From Syncephalis fuscata S228 (taxonomy: Eukaryota; Fungi; Zoopagomycota): a stretch of 64,000 nt of DNA. A program made the translations under genes and the position numbers. Positions 1-9,140 of the stretch are shown here, one piece after another. Within the stretch, counting starts at the first letter, position 1. Each line of letters opens with the position of its first letter. The stretch is taken from NCBI GenBank assembly GCA_025786725.1, contig JAHLTZ010000017.1:124001-188000 (forward strand), given 5' to 3'. The notes under the pieces were generated by a model. It did not search any database, was not told where the DNA came from, and saw nothing but the letters and a program-made list of their open reading frames with translations.

Positions 1-878
1 ATACCGATAGTAAACGTACTCGTTCTTCATCAGTGTCTTCTGATGACTTGACGGAGAAAGGCTACGTTCGCAGCGAGCTATCCAAGCTGGGTACCGTTGC
101 TGTCTTTGCCTATATGATGGTACAATTTGTCTGGCATTGTACATGGGTGACAAGCAGCTCTTATTCTTCGCCATCAATTATTCTTTCTTCATATACACCC
201 GATGGCCGACAACATATTATTGATGATTTCCGTGAAGCATACTTTTGGCTGCAGGAAAATACGGCTCCTGATGCAAAGATTTTATCTTGGTGGGACTATG
301 GCTATCAGATTGCCGGCATGGCCAATCGTACCGTGATTGTTGACAACAATACGTGGAATAACACGCATATTGCCACTGTAGGTTTGGCATTGGCATCTCC
401 TGAACCAGTGGCGTATGATGTGATGCGCAAATTGGATGTTGACTATGTGCTTATCATTCATGGTTCCGTGTTGGGCTATAGCGGTGATGACATCAACAAG
501 TTCCTATGGATGATCCGTATTGCACAGGGTGTGTATCCACATATGGTGCAAGAATCCGACTTTTACTCGGCCAAAGGACAGTACCGGGTTGATGGAGAAG
601 CATCCAAGACCATGAAAGAAAGCTTAATGTTTAAGTTGAATTACTATCGTGTACATGAGCTATTTAACAACGGAGAAGCATGGGATCGTGTACGACAAAC
701 GGGCGTAGATTCTAAAAACATTAAACTGTCTACAGTTGATGAAGTCTACACCAGTGAGAACTGGATTGTTCGCATCTACAAGCTAAAAAAGCCTGATAAT
801 TTGGGCCGTCCGCTACAGGATGCAGCCGCTTTCGAGGAGAATCGTCGTAGAAAGCGCAAGATTGTGAAAAAGTATTAA
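1..878 (+). CDS. STT3: Oligosaccharyltransferase catalytic subunit STT3, C-terminal part (5' end outside window)
   Basis: WWDYGYQI motif, DNNTWNNTHIATVG and SGDDINKFLWMIRI are hallmark STT3 luminal-domain sequences; stop at 876-878. Confidence 0.97.
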   Translation, partial: TDSKRTRSSSVSSDDLTEKGYVRSELSKLGTVAVFAYMMVQFVWHCTWVTSSSYSSPSIILSSYTPDGRQHIIDDFREAYFWLQENTAPDAKILSWWDYGYQIAGMANRTVIVDNNTWNNTHIATVGLALASPEPVAYDVMRKLDVDYVLIIHGSVLGYSGDDINKFLWMIRIAQGVYPHMVQESDFYSAKGQYRVDGEASKTMKESLMFKLNYYRVHELFNNGEAWDRVRQTGVDSKNIKLSTVDEVYTSENWIVRIYKLKKPDNLGRPLQDAAAFEENRRRKRKIVKKY

Positions 879-960
879 GATGATTTAATGGCGATTTGCG
901 AATAAATACATGGTTTATTTAATTGGCTGTCTTGTTTGTTTATGTTAATGCTATTATATT

Positions 961-1671
961 AACATTAAACACTTTATTAGTCATTTAATGTAATTTGTGG
1001 GTAAATGACTAAATCTAATAACATTCGCGCAATTGAACTACACATTCAATCTATTGAACATAAAGATAAGTGGTGAATTTTATTAAATAATAAATTATTT
1101 AAATATATTGTTTGTTTGGTGGTCAAATGACTTATTTAATAACATCCAATTTATTGAACATGACGATGGGTGGTGAGTGACATCAACCATCAAATACTCA
1201 TTATTGTAGATTTATTATCTAGTACACATATATCCACCATTTATCTATATCATTTCCATTCTATTCCACACCACCATATATCATTCTACAATATACTAAA
1301 CACATTCTATTGTTTATATGTTCCATTACACTTCATTTATTCCATACATTGCATTATATGCACTATAGCTTTAACATCGTTTTATATGCCTTCTTACTGT
1401 AGATTTATTATTTCATATACCATTTTATACTCGCATAGTCTTCCTCTGTCCAAAACTACTTTTATTTTTGTTCTATCACTATTATTAATGAATGTTATTA
1501 AATGTAGTCATTTGGCCACCAAACAAACAATAAATGTAATGATTTAATTATTATTTTTTATCACCTGACTTCATGTTTAATAGAATAAGTATGTAGTTTA
1601 CTACTTAAATGTCATCAATATAATCATTTAATCCCCAAATTCCACTAAATGGTTAATAAATTGTTTAATGT
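961..1671. repeat. Imperfect inverted repeat (arms ~961-1145 and ~1492-1671), foldback/MITE-like; one arm recurs at ~60690-60790
   Basis: ttgtttgtttggtggtcaaatgacttatttaataacat is a near reverse complement of atgttattaaatgtagtcatttggccaccaaacaaacaa; aacattaaacactttattagtcattt is a near reverse complement of aaatggttaataaattgtttaatgt; cattcgcgcaattgaacta occurs at both ~1022 and ~60726. Confidence 0.7.
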
Positions 1672-2934
1672 ACAAAAATATTAGCTTTATTTAATTAATA
1701 AATAAGTTAATATATACAATATGATAGTGCAGGTTATAAATTGAATAAAATTGTACATAAAAAGACAATGAATAAACTAAAGTATTAATGAAAGAGTTGT
1801 TCAAAGGTGGAATAAAAGAAACAATAGAAATCGATTGTATAAAAGCAAATATAATGATGGAATATGCCATCAGTAAAACAATGAATGTAATAGGAAAATA
1901 CATGAACAATAAAGACAAGCATAATCATGGAACAGTGTCAACAGTGAAACAATGGTTGTAATAAAAATAGTAAATGACAAACAATAAAATACGTTTAATC
2001 ATAGAATATGCCATTAGTAAAACAATGAAAGCATTGCCAAAAGAGTATTCCGAATAGATTATTATTTAAAAATTACCGTTGTATAATGCTTCTAAATTAA
2101 CATACGTAAAAATGTGGCAAATTGTACATTCAAAAAGGCAAAGCAATGAATTGCTAGCTTATATATATATAAAGCATATCCATTTAACAAGTCTGATTTT
2201 ATTATAATTATGCGCACACATTATTGCTCTTTTGAAACAATCTAAAGCTTATTTTGCATTCAATTGATTTATATATCATATTTTAATATTATTCCAATGT
2301 TCTTTACACTCGACGATGCTGAAAGCTCAAAAGGCTGAAGTAAAGTTTGAGTTCCATATCTTTTATGTTTTGAATGTGAATAGAAAGCATGAGCCTCAAG
2401 CGCCATTTCAACTTTGAACTAAACAGTTAGCACAAACAAGAATATATATACCAAAGAAGATATGCTTTGGACGTCGTTGTGGCCGTAGACACTCAGCAAA
2501 GGCTATCACGAATCGTGAATGGCAATCGGTAACAGCTTAGAATAATTGGTAAATGAATAGATTTACACAAAATATAAATAAACCTTTTAAACATAATTAC
2601 ATCAGAATATTTATGAACATATAATCAAATAATAAAGCTGCGCTTTAGCATTGTGTTAAAAATAAGTTATTTATTTTTGTAACCAGACCAGAATGTTAAA
2701 TCAATCTTTAGAATAAGGCCTGTATTAGCAGTTAGTTATACTGTGTTGAGAATAACTTGGCTATTCCTTTAATCAGGCCTCAATATCACAGTAAATAAAT
2801 TTGTGAACCAATCAATATTTTTTCACAATTTAAAAATGGAAGCTAGTTACACGATCATCAATAACTGATACAAGCAATCCACTTTTAACAACAAGCCTTG
2901 TATCGAACGAATGTTTTAGACTGTCCGCGGATGT

Positions 2935-3159
2935 GTTTATTGGCTTACCTTGCTTATCAATGGTATAGTTATAAAATAAATTATTTGATTCCTCAGTATA
3001 GTCATTTACTTAAATAGAGCATAGAAAACACACAAATATTTAGTAGTACCATTAACATTAAAATCTACTTTCTTCCAAGTACTTAATGCTATTTACTCTA
3101 TACGAAACACGCTTTACCTTTTTTATTTTACTCGTTTCTTTTAGCAACTCAATATCATC
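2935..3159 (+). promoter_or_regulatory. Conserved upstream region of peptide-precursor family, copy 1
   Basis: Aligns by eye with the reverse complements of 33465-33690 and 47559-47765: ATTGG (CCAAT) box, ctcag, TAAATAG TATA-like box, and caatatca(t/a)cATG start context. Confidence 0.6.
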
Positions 3160-4270
3160 ATGAAACTTATTGCCGTCGTCTTCGCACTTATCGTAATTTT
3201 TGTGGCTACTATAACCATAGTAGATGCCAAGCCAGCTCCAGGCCGTCGTGGTATGTTGCAATTATAACAAACACGGGATGCTAATATGTTAATCTGCCAT
3301 TAATAGAACGTAAGCTGTATTATGTAATCAACGATTTAACTAAACATTGGTTTTATTCAACAAATTAAAAATATAGCTTGTAAGTAACATCATATATCGA
3401 TTGGCTATGCATTAATTACAACTGTTTATTGCGTGTGTGCCAATGGCTTAATGCTAGTAGGCAGCAAGTAATACTGTATGCTGCCTGTCTAATCTCTAAT
3501 CAATTGTCATGTATTGTGTGTATCAATGACTTACTATCAATAGTTTGTAAGTAAATGGCATACTAATTATCCATGTACTAATTAAATAATATATATTGCG
3601 TATACCAACAACTTAATACTAATAGGCAGTAAGTAACAATATATATTAATTGGCTATACGTTAATTATATGCCGATTATGTGTATCGGTAACTTAATATA
3701 ATAGGTCGTAAGTGGCATTATATATTAATTGACAATAAATTAATTGCGCAATATGGTCTACGGGTATTAAAAATTTAACATTAATAGCTAGTAAGTGACA
3801 CCATATATTAATTATCTAAAGACTAATTATATGCTACATTTTGGATATGCTTAATAACTTATGCCGATAGATGGTAATTGATATTGTATATTGATTGACT
3901 ATACATTAACCATATGATTCCCGTGTATGCCAACAATTTTATATTAATAGGCTGTAAGTGATATTGTACAATAGTTTACTATCCACTAATTACTTTTTTG
4001 TTATGTATTGATAACTTATATTAACAGCTAGTAAGTGTTATTGCGTATCAACTAATTATGTATTAATTATATGCTATGCGTTGTTTATATTAAAAAATTA
4101 ATGTTAATAGTGTGTAGATGATATTGTATAATGGTTAGCGATTTACTAATGATATGTTTTCTATGTGCCTAATAACTTGCACTAAAAGGCTGTAAGTAAC
4201 AATATATATTAATTGACTATGTACTAATTGCATATTATCTGCTGTGTGTCAATATTGTATATTAATAGAA
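3160..4270 (+). CDS. Secreted peptide precursor encoded by a 3-nt micro-exon array (copy 1): MKLIAVVFALIVIFVATITIVDAKPAPGRREPCICSPNGSMC*
   Basis: Exon 1 3160-3250 (signal peptide + KPAPGRR, homologous to 47337..47558 and 63724..63924). Micro-exons: aac 3307, ctt 3377, gca 3461, ttt 3544, gca 3626, gtc 3705, cta 3788, atg 3871, gct 3951, cta 4028, tgt 4111, gct 4189, aat 4269. Each is preceded by AG and followed by GTA (GCAAGT once). A further slot (atg 4348) lacks AG; terminal exon starts at 4415. Confidence 0.75.
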
Positions 4271-4414
4271 TGTAGGTGGTACGCATATCAATTAACTATT
4301 CACTAAATATATGCCGTACAATTTGTTCTTTATGCCTGCATTAACATATGGTAAGTGATATTGTATATTGATGGCTATACATTAGCTATATGATATTGCT
4401 GTATGTATTTATAG
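3310..4414 (+). repeat. Degenerate tandem repeat, ~80-nt unit = intron + 3-nt exon (14 units)
   Basis: Recurrent gtaagtRaYatt.tatatt.att..ctat..actaattat.....tgtgt...aataactta.attaatag unit; intron lengths 64-81 nt. Confidence 0.9.
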
Positions 4415-4427
4415 AAAAGAAATAACC

Positions 4428-4680
4428 AATATTCTCAAGACATTATATTGCTAATGTAGCTGGACTATTAGTTCAGTATATTTTAGGTATACAATCAACA
4501 ATAATCAACATCATTTGACAAGTATGCCGTTCAATCTATTCAATTATTAAGTTCTGCCCAATGCTCCAATCTATTCAGCATCTAATCAATAGCACCATTA
4601 TACTATTAATAAGCTTAAATTTATTTGCACCTATTCAACTAGGCAGACTTTTAATAACAAATACGTGGTTTATTTTAATT
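4428..4680 (+). repeat. Conserved 3' region (probable 3' UTR) of peptide family, copy 1
   Basis: Shares caagacatta, ttaggtata, catttgacaa, cgttcaatcta, ccaatgctcc, taatcaatagcacca and acttttaataa with the reverse complement of 32397-32653, and related blocks with 47115-47340 and 63480-63720. Confidence 0.85.
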
Positions 4681-5771
4681 TTATTTGATTACATTGTGTC
4701 TATGCTTGTGCCTTATTAGCATAAAGTAATAGCCAAATTCCAACTAGCTAAGTATATTAGCATGCTTGCAGAAATACAGAATTTTAAATTTACAGCTTTA
4801 ACTCTTTAAGATAGTCAGCTGTTTTTTCAATAATCTTTGTTTTTGTTGTTTACTTTTTTAACTAACCAGCTAGTTTTTATTTATTCGTTTTATTCGCTGG
4901 TCCAATGACTATTAGCATTTTTCGTGTAGATACTACGCTTGTTTATCGCACCGCAAGTATCAAGTGCTTTCGAGTTGTCGACTTCTACCTGTTCTGTAGT
5001 TGCTTTTGTTTGATCCATCATAGTTGCATTACGGATGGCCGGATAATAAATAATATCGACAAAATCTATTAAGCCTGGCATTGGAGATTGCACAGAAAAC
5101 ATAGAATGTTAACTTTGAGACCGAAAGATAGTATATATAAAGGTCTGATGCAAAATATCAGCACCAAGACAATAAGTGGGATGTAGAAATTAAAACCAAT
5201 TTACCCAACAAATTGGTTAAACAATAAATTCAACAAAATATTTATATAATCTGACGCCAAATATGATCATTATAAAGCATTTTATTAGTAAAATAATAAA
5301 ATCATTATGTATTCATTTGCATTTGTTTTTTGGATTCGATTGCCATATCACGATTTCTATAGGTCGACATGTAACGACATCCAGAAGAATGGAATAATTA
5401 TATTTTAGCAAATTTATTACAATATACCATGTCGCAACTGTATTGCTTGGCGCTTGTGACAAGTGTGTATGCCAGTGGTAAAAATAGAAATAGAAACGTG
5501 TTTAGCAATTCAGTCTTAAGGTCTTGTCTTTGGTAGCTTAGGGATAGTTATATTGTGCCAAGGTAATTACAAGTAGAGAGTTGGCGATCTTTAGAAGAAT
5601 ACTCATGCTATTGAAGATCCAAACATGTCAGGCTTTGGCTTTTGGCATGTCATTCATAGCAACATTTCAACCTGGATTGTATTTAAAAGAAGGCGTTTTT
5701 GAGTTTTGTTTTTACTTGCTACCTTAAATTCCATCAACTCTCCCAACTTGTTTTTAGGATATTATTTAAAA

Positions 5772-6053
5772 ATGGCGCTTCTTTCAGCATTTTTTATGCT
5801 CGCTTTTGCTATATTTTGCATCGCACTTCCAATCAAGCTGATTCCCAGTGATGTTGGCGGTCCCTGTGGCGGTAGGCCGGCAACTCATCGATGCATGTCA
5901 GGTCTATTGTGCACGCCAAACAACACTTGTGTTGCATTAACAGACCCCTTTCCAGAACCTACTCCACAGGGAATACCTAGTACTTTACTAATACCTGTTA
6001 CCGCACCTCCATTTAATCCTCGACCAAAATATACTAACCGGCCAAAACCATGA
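5772..6053 (+). CDS. Small secreted protein with one GGPCGG-type 4-Cys knottin-like module and a Pro/Thr-rich tail
   Basis: ATG at 5772 starts a hydrophobic signal (MALLSAFFMLAFAIFCIALP); motif GGPCGG-x6-C-x2-GL-x-C-x5-C resembles the modules in the neighbouring gene. Confidence 0.75.
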   Translation: MALLSAFFMLAFAIFCIALPIKLIPSDVGGPCGGRPATHRCMSGLLCTPNNTCVALTDPFPEPTPQGIPSTLLIPVTAPPFNPRPKYTNRPKP

Positions 6054-6978
6054 GAATCAGCAAGACAGCTAGGCTAGACTATTGATACCAGCATATCATA
6101 AGATTTATTTTAAACAATCTTGCATATCATTCAGCATCAAGTATCATATATTTTAATGCTTCATATTGCTCAATAAAAATACATTTACCAAATATAAAAT
6201 ATGTGTGCAAAAAATATAATAAAAGATTTCTGATCATAAATAATAGTGCTTAAATCAATAGAATGCAGCAGCTATTAAGCATATTTGCACATAAAAATTT
6301 AAAAAAAGTCATTTTTATTTATTAAAAATATACTCAGGTATGTAGTTATTTTTTATGTAAATGGAAGATGATAAGAGTATAAATAAAATATTTTTTAAGG
6401 TACAAAAAGTGGGAGAAAAGCGACTTATTTAGATGACCATATCTGGTAAAAATAAATGCAATACAGCGTTATTGTTATTTTACATATACAAGTAAGATAG
6501 CACTAGGAATAAAAGTAAGTTTTGCTCTATGCTGTAAAGCTGTTTCTAATATAATATAATAAAATTGATTAATTCCTACTAGCAATTGTGGGCACGGTGC
6601 CATTGGATAGTCTTTCAACAAGAGAGTGCGGTGATGTTGCCATGGACCCCCCTAATCAATAAGTTATGTGACGACTTTGTTGTTCACGTTGCTATATAGC
6701 ATTTAATACAACAACAAATGACACCAGGCAGTTGGCAGCCATAGGCGGCATGTTACCTAGGTGAATATTAGTTTGTTGCCTTTTGTCTATTTTTTTACCA
6801 AAATAAACATAGTAACGATGTTGCAGCTTGAATGGCTTCAGTGCCACTTGTGCCAATGAGCGTTTGTATAAATTATGCTCTTTTTAACAGTAACTCTGTG
6901 TGGCATTATTAGTCGCCCTTATTGATTCATATTTAGTTTGTGACATTAATTTTAAATACAAGTAGAAAACTTATTAAA

Positions 6979-8006
6979 ATGCACGCAAGTCTAGGCATTC
7001 TTGTGGCTTGCTTGCTACTCGTCTCTGGCGCAGCGAATGCTGACGTCAAAGGTAATAACTACTTAGAATGAATTGTTCTATCAATACTAACATTAAATTA
7101 GAAATGCACTCAGGCCATGACCCTCGCGCTCCTATCCCGGCTAAGATTTCTGGACTTGGTGGCCCATGTGGAGGTGCGCTATGGCCTCCTCACATTTGCG
7201 CACCTGGCCTGAAATGTATACCAAGTGGTCTTCCCGGCGCGCCGGGTCACTGCCTGCCTTTCCATAAACCGCACCGCCGACGTGGTCTGGCTGGTTTAGG
7301 TCAACGCTGTGGCGGTCATGGCAGTCATCGTCGTCGCTGCAAGCACGGACTTGTCTGCAAGCCAAGAAACCCGCTGCATCCAGGCAGAAGCGGTGTCTGT
7401 GTCCGTCGTCGTCGTAAGCCATCTCACGGCCATCACGGAGGTAATGGAGGTAACAACGGAAATAATGGAGGTAATAACGGAAATAATGGCGGTAACAACG
7501 GAGGTAACGGTAATGACAACGATCACAAGCACTATGGCAATAATGGAGGTAATAACGGCGGCAATAACGGCGGCACTGGCAATACCGGTGATAATAACGA
7601 CCATAAGAACTATGGTAATAACGGTGGCACTGGCAATACCGGTGACGATAATGACCATAAAAACTATGGTAATAACGGCGGCAATAACGGCGGCACTGGC
7701 AATACTGGCGATGATAACAATAGTACTGTTCATTATGGCAATAACGGCGGTAATAACAACAACACAGGCGGCGATAATGGAGGTAATGGCAACACAGGCA
7801 ATGATACTGGAGACTATGATAATACTGGAGACACTGGTGATAATGGTAACACAGGTGGCGAAGACAACACCGGTGCTGGCGATTATGACGCCACTGGAGG
7901 CGAGGGAGGCGAGGATAATGATGATGACTATGCCGATGGCGGTGAAGGAGATGAGGGCGATGAAGGAAGTGATGATGATGATAGTCCCTACGATATTACA
8001 GTTTAG
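6979..8006 (+). CDS. Secreted protein: two Cys-rich CGG..C..GL.C..G.C modules, Gly/Asn-rich repeats and an acidic tail
   Basis: Signal exon 6979-7051 (MHASLGILVACLLLVSGAANADVK) and GT-AG intron 7052-7101 join in frame to the 7068..8006 ORF. Confidence 0.85.
7430..7800 (+). repeat. Coding repeats GGNN and (D)HKNYGNNGG(NNGG)TGNTGDDN
   Basis: Four H(K)xYGNNGG-type units and repeated ggcactggcaatacYgg seen directly. Confidence 0.85.
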
Positions 8007-9140
8007 ATGATGAGTCTTTAGTTTGATACGCAATAGATTTATCAAATGGTGGCTTAATAAAGTGTCATAGATATTTACACCATTTAAATCTTGCTGTAAC
8101 CGCGCGTTAATTGGTATTAATTTACATGTGTAGCTTGTCATATGATAATCACCATTATACTATGATTGAATGTGCCAGTTATTTACGTGATTTAATTACT
8201 ACATTTAGCATGAAAGCACATCGTTGCAATCTTTCTGTAAATCCATAATAAAATGAATTTACAAAACAGTAATTTTGTATATGCCTAACTAAGCAATGAT
8301 AGTGAATGAACTTAGCCAATAATTTATTTTAATTAGATACTGTCAACAAATTGACATAATACATCTAACAAAGACGATTCTGGTAAATAAAATAATAAAA
8401 ATGCAACAAGAGCAAAGCAGTATTTATTATTTATTATTATTCAATATTTCAATATAATTATATTGAATTTCTATGCTATAATAATTTCACGAGTGAACGT
8501 CGATTGTGTATGTGTGTGTACGTGGAACAGTCAATTACACAAATTATTGTAAATCCAATCAAAACCCCGCATTATTGTGTAGCGTGGTTGGTGCAACAAT
8601 GATAGTAAGAATAATTAGAGTTTCGTCAATTGGATTCTTACCAAATGTAGCAACTTATTATACGCATTTGCCAACATTATATATTGTAACAAAGTTTAAC
8701 TAATTAACAATAAAATAATACTAATGTAATTATTAATATTTAATTGAAACATGGCCAATTATTGTGTATTAAGTACACAATACACGTGTAGTTTGAATAT
8801 AGAAATACAGTACACATCTTAGCCTGTGGCCAGTTAGACTTTTAATTCAACTCACAACAGTAACACCTATTATATGAAAATTCTACCCCATACTTATCGA
8901 TTCTATTGCTACAGTCACGTTTCGTTATAACCGCCTTATTTTAATAGACCTATTAGTATTCTAAAGAAGGTACTTAAGTAGTACGCGATACACTGTCGGA
9001 GTACAAAGCTCCCAATAAAAGCATCGGCTGATATGTTGATTTCCCTTTTTGTCAACATCGCTCTTTCTTTCGTCTAACGCTTTTGTTCAAAACGCTGACG
9101 AACATTGTTAATAATGATTAATAACGATATTAGGGAGTGC

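Noticed and set aside
1170-1918. Hydrophobic ORFs 1170..1547 (+) and 1691..1918 (-)
   Set aside because: Non-ATG starts, AT-rich low-complexity composition, overlap with the inverted repeat, no recognisable motif
3058-3261. Minus-strand 67-aa ORF (also 33310..33492)
   Set aside because: Antisense or off-frame shadows of the peptide leader exons
3310-4414. CRISPR-like or plain minisatellite interpretation of the ~80-nt arrays
   Set aside because: Eukaryotic context, no cas genes, degenerate repeats with only 3-nt variable slots bounded by AG/GT; the intron model explains the pattern better
5429-5535. Short ORF starting MSQLYCLALVTSVYASG, resembling a signal-peptide exon
   Set aside because: No convincing downstream exon or micro-exon array and no similarity to the family leader
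7141-8141. Long alternative-frame and antisense ORFs over the Gly/Asn repeat gene
   Set aside because: Stop-free by-products of GGN/AAY codon repeats
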